Of a DNA stretch of 64,000 nt, positions 52,978-61,701 are shown piece by piece. Location: the NCBI GenBank assembly GCA_965197905.1, contig CBDAOB010000003.1, forward strand, positions 608,001 to 672,000, in the 5' to 3' direction. Numbering within the stretch: position 1 is the stretch's first letter; each line of letters begins with the position of its first letter. Below the pieces are notes generated by a model that saw only the letters and a program-made list of their open reading frames with translations, was not told the DNA's origin and searched no databases. The translations under genes were made by a program, and so were the position numbers. This stretch comes from Candidatus Latescibacterota bacterium (GTDB lineage: Bacteria > Latescibacterota > UBA2968 > UBA8231).

Positions 52978-55125
52978 ATGGGAGACTGGAACGACGGACC
53001 GAGTGCGGACCGTGAGCGCCGCACCTTGCTGGTGGTGGATGACGAGGAGTCGATCCGCCTCATGCTCGAGGACATCCTCGGAGTTCGTTACCGCGTCCTG
53101 ACTGCCACCGACGGGCTGGACGCGTTGAAGGTGCTGGAAAGCGGTGAAGACCACATCGACCTTGTCATCACCGACCTGCGCATGCCCCGCATGGACGGCC
53201 ACGATCTCGCCACCACCCTGCTCAGCGATTATCCCCACCTGGGTATCTTCGTGATAACCGCCCACGGCACCATCGATACGGCGGTGGAGGCACTCCAGGG
53301 TGGGATTCACGACTACATCACCAAGCCGCTGCCGGCCAATTTCAGCGAGATCTACGCCAAGTGCGAGCGTTTTTTCCAGATGCGCGACCTGCGGACGGAG
53401 CAGGAAATGATGCAGCGCCAGCTTCTGGAGCTCTCCTATTTTCCGCGCTCCAACCCCCACCTGGTATGTCGCGCCTCGTTGATCGCAGACGATGTAATGT
53501 TGTTCCCCGCAAACGACCGCACGGCCGGCGTATTCGGCGACGCGGCGGGACTCGCAGAAGGAGAAGGTCCGTGCCGTCTGTCCCTGGGATCCCTGGCCGA
53601 ACTCTTTCCGGTGGATTTTGTCGACATCTTGAAGCGCATCGTCGGCACCGACGAGGTGGTTGAAATCGACGGCGTCCGATGGGGGGAGCGTTTTCTACAG
53701 CATACCTACACTCCCTTCGTTGACAACCGCAGCGACATCTTCATCGACCTCACGGACGTAACCGAACGCCGGCTGGCGGAGGCCTCGGTGCGACAGAGCG
53801 AAAAACGGTTCCGCAGCATTTTCGAGCAGTCGAACGACGCCATCTTCCTGCTGGATCCGACCAACGAAGAAATCCTGGATGTCAATCCGAAGGCCTGTCG
53901 TATCCTCGGCTATGCGCGCGAGGAGCTGTTAAAACTTCCAATCTCCGCGATCCATCCCAACGAGGTTCACCGGATGCAGGAATTCTGTGGCTCCGTTCTA
54001 AAGGACGGACAGGGATGGACGGAGGATTTGACCTGCACCACGATTCGCGGTCAGTCTCTTGCCGTGGAAATCTCCGCTTCGGCAGCCAATATCGCAGGTC
54101 GAAGTTGTATGATCGCCATGGTCCGCGACCAGACGGCCAAGGTGCGGACGAGCCAGGTTCTGGCGGACGAGGTCCAGGCGAACTACAACTACGAGGAGAT
54201 CATCGGTGATAGCGGCGCCCTGCGAGAGGTGCTGAACCAGGTTGGGCTGGTGGCATCGACCGATACCTCGGTTCTCATCCTCGGGGAGAGCGGTACGGGC
54301 AAGGAGCTGATCTGCCGCGCCCTCCACCATCAGAGTCCGCGAAGCGCCGAGCCGCTGATCAAGATGAACTGTGCCGCAATTCCCTCGGGATTGATCGAAA
54401 GCGAGTTGTTTGGCCACGAGAAGGGAGCCTTCAAGGGAGCCGTGGCTCAAAAACGCGGACGCTTCGAGCTGGCACACGAAGGCACCATTTTTCTCGACGA
54501 GATCGGCGACCTGCCCGTGGAGACCCAGCCGAAGCTCCTGCGTTTACTCCAGGACCAGGAGTTCGAGCGGGTTGGAGGCACGCGCACCATCGAAGTCAAC
54601 GTGCGGATCGTCGCCGCGACGCACCGGAATCTTGAGGAGATGGTTCGCGAGGGAGACTTTCGCGAAGATCTCTTTTACCGCCTGAACGTCTTTCCCATCC
54701 GCCTGCCTCCCCTGCGCGAGCGCCCAGAAGACATTCCGCTCCTGGCCGCTTATTTTGCCCAGAAAGCGTGTGCCGCGATGGGAAAATCGACCGGCAGGAT
54801 CAGTGACCAGGCGCTGCGTCGCTTGCAAGGCTATCCATGGCCGGGGAACGTGAGGGAATTGCAGAACATCATCGAGCGCGGAGTGATTCTCAGCCAGGGA
54901 ATGGATCTGGATGCGGAGCACATTCAGGTGAAGCCGGTGATTTCGGCCGCGGATAATGCCGGCATCCAGACTCTGCAAGAAATCGAGAAGAGTCACATCG
55001 TCAACGCATTGCGAGCCGCCAACGGCAAGGTGAGCGGCAAAGGAGGTGCGGCCGAGCTCCTGGGGCTCAAACCAACGACCCTGGGTTCGCGCATGAAAAA
55101 ACTGGGTATCAGCGCGGATTCCTGA
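52978..55125 (+). CDS. Sigma-54-type activator: REC-(PAS-like)-PAS-AAA+-HTH, FhlA/HyfR-like C-terminus, GAFKGA variant
   Basis: LVVDD/DLRMP, FRSIFEQSNDAI, GESGTGKE, ESELFGHEKGAFKGA, WPGNVREL, GGAAELLGLKPTTL.SRMKKLGI. Confidence 0.93.
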   Translation: MGDWNDGPSADRERRTLLVVDDEESIRLMLEDILGVRYRVLTATDGLDALKVLESGEDHIDLVITDLRMPRMDGHDLATTLLSDYPHLGIFVITAHGTIDTAVEALQGGIHDYITKPLPANFSEIYAKCERFFQMRDLRTEQEMMQRQLLELSYFPRSNPHLVCRASLIADDVMLFPANDRTAGVFGDAAGLAEGEGPCRLSLGSLAELFPVDFVDILKRIVGTDEVVEIDGVRWGERFLQHTYTPFVDNRSDIFIDLTDVTERRLAEASVRQSEKRFRSIFEQSNDAIFLLDPTNEEILDVNPKACRILGYAREELLKLPISAIHPNEVHRMQEFCGSVLKDGQGWTEDLTCTTIRGQSLAVEISASAANIAGRSCMIAMVRDQTAKVRTSQVLADEVQANYNYEEIIGDSGALREVLNQVGLVASTDTSVLILGESGTGKELICRALHHQSPRSAEPLIKMNCAAIPSGLIESELFGHEKGAFKGAVAQKRGRFELAHEGTIFLDEIGDLPVETQPKLLRLLQDQEFERVGGTRTIEVNVRIVAATHRNLEEMVREGDFREDLFYRLNVFPIRLPPLRERPEDIPLLAAYFAQKACAAMGKSTGRISDQALRRLQGYPWPGNVRELQNIIERGVILSQGMDLDAEHIQVKPVISAADNAGIQTLQEIEKSHIVNALRAANGKVSGKGGAAELLGLKPTTLGSRMKKLGISADS

Positions 55126-55156
55126 TCCCCATTCCGGCAACAACCATTTTCGTCTT

Positions 55157-55205
55157 CGAAACACGTCCAGGCACTTCCGAAATATCGCGACTTCCCGAAA
55201 TACCG
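55157..55205. promoter_or_regulatory. Three CGAAA(T/C)A-based repeats; putative activator binding sites
   Basis: CGAAACACG (55157), CGAAATATCG (55178), CGAAATACCG (55196), about 105-150 bp upstream of a -24/-12-like element. Confidence 0.5.
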
Positions 55206-55309
55206 TAACTATCGCGCTTTGAGCAGAAACGGTTAGTCGGCTCCTGTTCTCGCTCTTAATAGTTGTTATTACACGATTTAAGTAGAACAGATTCGTTCGG
55301 CTACGTCAC

Positions 55310-55325
55310 TGGCACGTTTGTTGTT
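55310..55325 (+). promoter_or_regulatory. Sigma-54-like promoter of the ECF sigma gene
   Basis: TGGCACGTTTGTTGTT: perfect -24 element, -12 element TTGT instead of TTGC. Confidence 0.6.
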
Positions 55326-55372
55326 ATCGGAGTGCCAGGAAGTATCGAGCAGAAACTGATCTGGAGGTAGTC

Positions 55373-56020
55373 ATGACTCTTGCCACCACAGCTAGCATGA
55401 CCGCGCCGGTCGCGCTGCCATCGGCCCCCGGTTTCGTCGAGGAAGAGCAGCTGATCGAAAACACTCGGACAGGCGATTTACGGGCGTTCGAGCTGCTGGT
55501 GGAGCGCTATCAACCGCGCGTGAATCGTGTAACCATGTCGGTGCTGAAAAATACCGCCGACGCGGAGGAGGTGGCTCAGGATGTATTTCTGACCGTCTTG
55601 GGCAAGATCGAACACTTTCGCGGCGATTCCAGTTTCTGGACCTGGGTTCACCGGATCGCGGTCAACTCCGCGTTGATGCGTCGGCGACGCTTGAAAACCA
55701 ATACCCACATGTCGTTGGAGGAAGTCATGCCTTCCTTCGACGAGCGAGGTTACATAAAGGGGAGTGTCGTCGACGGGTCGCACGGCGCACGCGACTCCGC
55801 GATCCAGGAGGAAGAACGGGTGCGCATCAAAGAGGCGGTTTCGCGCCTCGAGTACAAATACCGGATCGTGTTCGTGCTGCGGCAACTTGAGGATTTGTCC
55901 ACCGAAGAAACAGCTCGGATATTGGGTCTGACGACGGCAGCCGTAAAATCCAGGTTGCACCGGGCACGCCTCTTTCTGAGGTCCGACCTCGCCGATTACT
56001 TCGCTGAATACCTCAACTAG
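55373..56020 (+). CDS. ECF (group 4) RNA polymerase sigma factor
   Basis: AFELLVERY, DAEEVAQDVF, F.TWVHRIAVN, VKSRLHRAR; SD GGAGG. Confidence 0.94.
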   Translation: MTLATTASMTAPVALPSAPGFVEEEQLIENTRTGDLRAFELLVERYQPRVNRVTMSVLKNTADAEEVAQDVFLTVLGKIEHFRGDSSFWTWVHRIAVNSALMRRRRLKTNTHMSLEEVMPSFDERGYIKGSVVDGSHGARDSAIQEEERVRIKEAVSRLEYKYRIVFVLRQLEDLSTEETARILGLTTAAVKSRLHRARLFLRSDLADYFAEYLN

Positions 56021-56035
56021 CGCCGCCCCAAATAA

Positions 56036-56076
56036 AAAGAAACCCCCCGATCGCCGGAGCGTTCGGGGGGTTCTTT
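56036..56076. terminator. Bidirectional intrinsic terminator between convergent genes
   Basis: AAAGAAACCCCCCGA ... TCGGGGGGTTCTTT stem, flanked by A and T tracts. Confidence 0.8.
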
Positions 56077-56095
56077 CGTTCGCCTCAGCCCTGCG

Positions 56096-57427
56096 TCACA
56101 TACACTGTTCCACCATGGCTTTGATTTCACCCACGGCCGCGGCGGCCAGCTCGTTCTTCAGCACTTCGACATCAGCCGATTCCATGTTGAGCTTTTTCAG
56201 CACTTGCCGATGGTATTTTCCGCTGTCGCCCGGAAGGTAGCCCAGGCCAAGATCTTTGCACAGGTTGTTGGCCATATGAATCAGGCAGGCCAGATCGCTC
56301 GGATCATCCCCCAGTCCATGATGGCTGCCAAGAACGCTTGAGAGCTCTTCGCCCAGATTGGTGTAGGTAGCCAGCAGTCGCCCCACCTGCTCATGGCTGG
56401 CCAGATCACCCAGCTTTGCCTCCGCCTGACGAAAGGAGCTGCTGTCCTTTTCCACATGCTGCAGAACCCGCTCGAACCATTCCCAGAAGAAGAAGCCGAG
56501 CACCAATTTCCCGATATCGTGCAGCAGGGACCCGATCCAGTATTCGTTGAATTCGATCGCGCCCTTCAAAGACAGCTTCTTTTCCATGTAGAGCTGGTCG
56601 GCAATGATGGCGGTTCCCACCGAGTGTTCCCAGAATCTGCGCAGATCGAAGTCGCTCTCCTGGGGTTTGACCAGGCTGTTGATCATCTTTATCTGCTGAG
56701 CGATCGCTCCCACCTTCTTGAGTCCCAGGCGAACGATGATCTCGCTCATGGTCCAGCTGCTCTGGCGGCCCGTGGCGGAGAACACCGGCGACTTGATCAC
56801 CTGGAGCAGTTTCATGACAATGGCCGGGTCGGTGCAAAGAAGCTGCTCCAGCTGTTCCGTCGTTGTATTGGGGTCGTTCACCAGGCGCATGATGCGCATG
56901 ACGATCTCGGGTAAGGTGGGCAGCGTGTTCAGGCTCTTTAGGCGGCGCTCTACCTTGAGCTGGAACGCTTCGTAGGGCACCTTCTCTACGTCTTCGAACA
57001 GGTCGCCGATGCCGTTCTGAACCAGCGCTTGGGCGGCGACGTTTTGCAGCGCTTCGTCGGAGTGGCTGAAGGCGCGCTCCCAGGCGCAGAAGTAGACATT
57101 GCTCATGTCGGCGCAAATCTCCTGCTGGCGGCCGACATTCTTACCGGGCATAACCATGAGTACCGGAATCTCACTACCTTGCCCAAGGTCAGCTATCCGG
57201 GGACCATCCTTTATCTCGTGGTTTTGCACGACGAAAACGCACTGAACGCTCTTGTCCACATCGCGCATGATAGCCGCGCCCCGGTCCAGATCCTGCGCTA
57301 CCATGATCGACATCCCGTACTGATAGTTCAGCATCAGGTTCAGCGATTTGGCCAAAACCTGTTGCGGTTTGCCGTCCTGCTGGACGATCAGTCCGTACTC
57401 CACTCCCCCCGCATTGTCAGCTACCAT
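56096..57427 (-). CDS. HDOD-domain protein with a degenerate receiver-like N-terminus
   Basis: TLPTLPEI, DPAIVMKLL...SP, FWEHSVGTA, LLHDIGK, H...G..L. Confidence 0.88.
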   Translation of the reverse strand: MVADNAGGVEYGLIVQQDGKPQQVLAKSLNLMLNYQYGMSIMVAQDLDRGAAIMRDVDKSVQCVFVVQNHEIKDGPRIADLGQGSEIPVLMVMPGKNVGRQQEICADMSNVYFCAWERAFSHSDEALQNVAAQALVQNGIGDLFEDVEKVPYEAFQLKVERRLKSLNTLPTLPEIVMRIMRLVNDPNTTTEQLEQLLCTDPAIVMKLLQVIKSPVFSATGRQSSWTMSEIIVRLGLKKVGAIAQQIKMINSLVKPQESDFDLRRFWEHSVGTAIIADQLYMEKKLSLKGAIEFNEYWIGSLLHDIGKLVLGFFFWEWFERVLQHVEKDSSSFRQAEAKLGDLASHEQVGRLLATYTNLGEELSSVLGSHHGLGDDPSDLACLIHMANNLCKDLGLGYLPGDSGKYHRQVLKKLNMESADVEVLKNELAAAAVGEIKAMVEQCM

Positions 57428-57606
57428 CAGCTCTCTTTCAAATGGTGTAAATTTTCAGGATAGCATCGGCTCGCGGTCAATAATAAAACACGAAAGTACT
57501 CTCGTATCAATTCCCTGTTCGATCCTGTGCTTGTAGGTGATCCAGCAGCCGACTATCTTGGAGTGCGGCGCTTCCAGATGCTCATTTAATCTGTCGAATC
57601 TGAATA

Positions 57607-58899
57607 ATGTCCCCCCGCATACTGCTGATAAATCCACCGATCTACGATTTTACGGCGTACGACTTTTGGCTCAAGCCGTACGGGCTTTTGCGGGTTGCCG
57701 GTCAGCTACGTCACGAGGCCGATCTGGTTCTCTTCGACTTCCTGGACCGGTTGCATCCCGCGGTTGCGCCCGATCTCCAAAAGGACCGTTGGGGCAGGGG
57801 CCGGTTCGTTGCCGCCGAGATCGAGAAACCACCGGTCCTGGAAACGATTGCGCGTCGCTACTACCGCTTTGGCCTGCCTCGGTCCCATCTACGAAACCTG
57901 CTGGCATCGAGCGGCCCTTTCGACGTTGCCCTGATTCAAACGGTTATGACCTACTGGTATCCGGGCGTTGCCGAGGTCATCGAAGAGTTGCGCCGTTTCA
58001 GTCCGAAAACACTTATCGTCCTGGGCGGCAACTACGCCACGTTGTGCCCTGAGCACGCCGCCGGCCTCGGCGCCGATCTGGTAGTAGAAGGCGACGATCT
58101 GGATCCGCTGGCCCAGCTCCTCGAATTAGATCTTAAGAGCAAAGCACTCCCGTACTGGGAGGGTTATGACAGGTTGGAAACGGGGGTCTTGAGGCTTACC
58201 GAGGGCTGCCCTTTCCGGTGCACCTACTGTTCGGTGCCTCAAGTTCAGCCTCAGTTTCGCGGCCGGCTCGAAGCGGCGCTGGCGGAGTTCGACCAACTGG
58301 TGCGCCGCGGTGTCCACCGCATCGCCTTCTACGACGACGCCTTACTCTTTCGGCAAGACCAGTTGCTGCTTCCGTTCCTGGAAGCGGTCGCAGGTTGCAA
58401 CTCGGGTATCGAGCTGCACACCCCCAATGCGCTGAATGCCCGCTTCGTCACCCAGGAAGTCGCCCGGACAATGGTTGGTGCTGGTTTCGGTTCGTTCTAT
58501 CTCGGCTTCGAGAGCAGCTCCTACCAGTGGCAACGAAAGACCGGATCGAAGGTGTATTCCTCAGAGCTGGCGGACGCCGTCGACCGCCTGTTGCGGACGG
58601 GAGCAAACCCCGACCAGATTACCGCATATCTGATCATTGCACACCCGGCCGGCGATCAGCAGCAAGTGGAGGAATCGATGCAGTTTGCCCGGGAAATCGG
58701 CATTCGGGTTATGCTGTCGGAGTTTTCCCCGCTGCCGGGAACTCCAGATGGGGAAACGTGCCGTCAGTGGGTCGATCTGGATGAGCCTTTATGGCACAAC
58801 AAGACGGCGTTTCCGCTGGTGTTTCTAGGTCGGGAAGAGGTGAATCGGTTGAAGAGGTTGGCGCGGCAGCTTAACCAGACCCTGGTGCCGGCGGCTTGA
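57607..58899 (+). CDS. B12-binding radical SAM protein
   Basis: LLINPPIYDFTAYDFW.KP.GLL, VMTYWYPGV, LGGNYAT, GCPFRCTYC (CxxxCxxC), FYDDAL. Confidence 0.9.
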   Translation: MSPRILLINPPIYDFTAYDFWLKPYGLLRVAGQLRHEADLVLFDFLDRLHPAVAPDLQKDRWGRGRFVAAEIEKPPVLETIARRYYRFGLPRSHLRNLLASSGPFDVALIQTVMTYWYPGVAEVIEELRRFSPKTLIVLGGNYATLCPEHAAGLGADLVVEGDDLDPLAQLLELDLKSKALPYWEGYDRLETGVLRLTEGCPFRCTYCSVPQVQPQFRGRLEAALAEFDQLVRRGVHRIAFYDDALLFRQDQLLLPFLEAVAGCNSGIELHTPNALNARFVTQEVARTMVGAGFGSFYLGFESSSYQWQRKTGSKVYSSELADAVDRLLRTGANPDQITAYLIIAHPAGDQQQVEESMQFAREIGIRVMLSEFSPLPGTPDGETCRQWVDLDEPLWHNKTAFPLVFLGREEVNRLKRLARQLNQTLVPAA

Positions 58900-58918
58900 G
58901 CCCCTGTTGAACGGTGCA

Positions 58919-59641
58919 CTATATGAGGGTTTCGGCGTCGTCTTCGGGTGCATAACCCAAAAGATCACGGGCATTCTGAATGTCCCAATAGGCCCGTTTG
59001 TTGCCGGAGATACCGTAGAAGATGCCGAAATTCAGCTCCACCTCGATGCTGCGCCATACCAGCTGCACGCAGTCGCGATAACTCAACCAGGTAGAGAGAA
59101 AGCGGTCGCTGGGTCTGTTGCGTATGAAATCCTCCTGCTGAAAGGAGCCGATCCGCAAACATATGACCTCGAGCCCGAACCGGTCGACATAGTAGCGGCC
59201 CAGATCCTCGCCGAACGCCTTGCTCGCCCCGTAGTAGCTGTCCGGCCGCGCCGGCATCTCCGAGGTGGTAAACACCCCTTCCTCCTCATAGATCCCGGAT
59301 ACGTGGTTGGTGCTGGCGAAAACGATCCGTTTGACCGCGCGGCGGCGCGCTGCCTCGTAGAGGCAGTATACGCCCTGGATATTCGCTTCCATCACCGATT
59401 CCCAGCTGGCCTCCACCTCCGGCTCCCCCGCCAGATGCACGATGGCGTCGACGCCATCCACCACCTCCTCCATGTGGGGAAGGTCGGTGATGCTGCCGAC
59501 GAACACTTCCTCGCTGCCGTCGGTAACGGGCACGTTTCTGTGATACATCAACCGAAGGTCGTAACGATCACGCAGACCTTCGTGCACGGCGACCCCGATC
59601 TTTCCGGCGGCACCGGTGATCAAAACCTTCTTACCCGCCAT
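58919..59641 (-). CDS. NAD-dependent SDR, uronate-dehydrogenase-like
   Basis: TGAAGKIG, FASTNH, RPDSYYGASK, LRIGSF, STWLS.RD, GISGN...WD, LGY.P.D. Confidence 0.85.
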   Translation of the reverse strand: MAGKKVLITGAAGKIGVAVHEGLRDRYDLRLMYHRNVPVTDGSEEVFVGSITDLPHMEEVVDGVDAIVHLAGEPEVEASWESVMEANIQGVYCLYEAARRRAVKRIVFASTNHVSGIYEEEGVFTTSEMPARPDSYYGASKAFGEDLGRYYVDRFGLEVICLRIGSFQQEDFIRNRPSDRFLSTWLSYRDCVQLVWRSIEVELNFGIFYGISGNKRAYWDIQNARDLLGYAPEDDAETLI

Positions 59642-59834
59642 CGAAATCCCGGGCGGCGATCAGGCTCCAGAGCAGTCCCACAACGATCACTGTGCCGAAG
59701 GCGAGACCCACGAACCACAGAAGCCGCCGCACCCGGCGCAGACGCTTGCGGCGCCATGGCTTGGGAATGCCGCCCATCACATGCGCTAGTCGTCCGTTCA
59801 CGTGAACCTGCTTGAAGGCTGTTGCGACCCCCAT
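59631..59834 (-). CDS. Small single-TM protein (67 aa)
   Basis: SD AAGGAG; Arg-rich segment followed by a hydrophobic helix; fills an operon gap. Confidence 0.6.
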   Translation of the reverse strand: MGVATAFKQVHVNGRLAHVMGGIPKPWRRKRLRRVRRLLWFVGLAFGTVIVVGLLWSLIAARDFDGG

Positions 59835-59845
59835 TTTGTCTCTCC

Positions 59846-60493
59846 TTATCGAGAAGCCCAGCGAATGCCGCGGCGTTGGATCTCGGTTACCTCGAACTGA
59901 TCGAACTCGCTCGCCTTGTGACCCAGCGAGGAATAGAACACTCTTCCCTCGCCCCAGTGCCGCTTCCAGATCACCGGCATCACGGTGCCATTGACCCAGG
60001 GATTGCTCTCTGTTTGAAAGGTGGTAGTTGCCAGCACTTCGTTGCCCGGATCCGTGTGCATGTAATACTGCTCCGAGCGCACCGAAAAATCCGCGATTCC
60101 CTCAATGATCGGATCGTCGGTAGCAACCATGTTGACTTCGTAATCTTTGATGCCGTCCGGATGGTCCATGAACTGCCCTCCCACCATGTACTGGTATCCC
60201 AGGTGCTCGCGGAAGGCGTCGGCCATGCCCCCGTGCCAGCCGGCAAGACCAACTCCTGCCGCCACCGCCCTGCTCAGCCCTTCGAACTGATCGGCATCGA
60301 TGACACCCATGGTCCAGATCGGCGTGATAACACTTAGATTCGCCAGCAACGCCGCGTCTTTGAAGATGTCCAAGCTGTCGGCGACGGTGACCTCGAACTC
60401 CTCCTCGACCAGTATCCGCGCCCACAGCTCGGCGCATTCCTTCGGCTCGTGTCCCTCCCAGCCTCCCTGTACGATCAACGCCTTCTTCGACAT
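59846..60493 (-). CDS. ThuA-like domain protein
   Basis: KALIVQGGWEGHEP, GWHGG, GGQF..HP, SEQYY, WGEGRVFY.SLGH. Confidence 0.92.
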   Translation of the reverse strand: MSKKALIVQGGWEGHEPKECAELWARILVEEEFEVTVADSLDIFKDAALLANLSVITPIWTMGVIDADQFEGLSRAVAAGVGLAGWHGGMADAFREHLGYQYMVGGQFMDHPDGIKDYEVNMVATDDPIIEGIADFSVRSEQYYMHTDPGNEVLATTTFQTESNPWVNGTVMPVIWKRHWGEGRVFYSSLGHKASEFDQFEVTEIQRRGIRWASR

Positions 60494-60624
60494 CTGCACC
60501 CCAATTTCTGCCATTTGGTGTAGTATCTGTTCAGGTCAAATTCCTGTCAAACGGATGTTGCCTCTGCCGAAGCAGATGGTATTATTGCACCCTGGAGACA
60601 CTAAAATGACAAGCGAGGAACGAC

Positions 60625-61701
60625 ATGGCTGCGTCAGATAAAAAAGCGCGACTGGGATTTATAGGTGCTGGATGGTGGGCAACCGCCAATCACATGCCCG
60701 TGCTCTCCGAGAGGGACGACGTGGAATTCGCCGGCGTCTGCCGCCTCGGAAAAGAGGAGCTGGCGCGGGTCAAAGAGAGATTTGGCTTTACCTATGCCAC
60801 CGAGGATTACCTCGATCTGCTCGACAACTGCGAGTTGGATGGGGTGATCGTCGCTTCGCCCCACACGAAACATGCCGAGCACGCCAGCGCCGCCCTCGAA
60901 CGAGGTTTGCACGTGATGTGCGAGAAACCGATGACCATCCATGCCGCGGACGCCCGCCAACTGGTCGCGACCGCCGCAGACAATGGATTGCATCTGATTA
61001 TACCCTATGGCTGGCACTACAAACCTTTTATACAACAGGCCAAACAACTGATAGACGATGGACGACTGGGGCCGATCGAGTACGTCCTGTGCCACATGGC
61101 ATCGCCGATCCGCAGCTTGCTGGACGGCCGCGGCATGATGGTGCCGGACGGCGGCGGTCAATCGGGAGAGACCCTGTTTGAGCCGACCACCGCAACCTGG
61201 GCTGACCCCAAGGAGGCGGTGGGCGGCTACGGGTACGCACAGCTACCTCACTCGCTTGGCATGTTGTTCTGGCTCACCGGCCTGGAGGCTAAGAGCGTGT
61301 TCAGTCTGATGACGGCCCCAGAATCACAGGTGGATCTCTACGACGCCATTACGGTGCGCTTCACCAACGGCGCCATCGGTACCGTAAGCGGCGCCGCCAA
61401 CGTGCCGTTCGACCGCCCTTTCCATGTGGACCTGCGTCTCTTTGGACCGGAAGGCATGCTGCTGTTGGACTGCGAGCGGGCGCGCCTCGAGCTGCGGCGC
61501 TACGACGGTGACCATGTGGTTGCGGATGTGGATCCAGACTCGGGAGGGTACGAATGCACCGGTCCACTCTACAATTTCGTGGATCTGATTCTTGGCAAGA
61601 CGAAGGAGAATTTCGCCCCCGGCCTGGCCGGTATGCGCGCCATTGAACTGGTAGATGCTGCGTACCGTTCGAACGCATCAGGGGTTGAGGAAAACGTATA
61701 A
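60625..61701 (+). CDS. Gfo/Idh/MocA-family oxidoreductase
   Basis: GFIGAG, ASPH..H, HVMCEKP. Confidence 0.92.
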   Translation: MAASDKKARLGFIGAGWWATANHMPVLSERDDVEFAGVCRLGKEELARVKERFGFTYATEDYLDLLDNCELDGVIVASPHTKHAEHASAALERGLHVMCEKPMTIHAADARQLVATAADNGLHLIIPYGWHYKPFIQQAKQLIDDGRLGPIEYVLCHMASPIRSLLDGRGMMVPDGGGQSGETLFEPTTATWADPKEAVGGYGYAQLPHSLGMLFWLTGLEAKSVFSLMTAPESQVDLYDAITVRFTNGAIGTVSGAANVPFDRPFHVDLRLFGPEGMLLLDCERARLELRRYDGDHVVADVDPDSGGYECTGPLYNFVDLILGKTKENFAPGLAGMRAIELVDAAYRSNASGVEENV

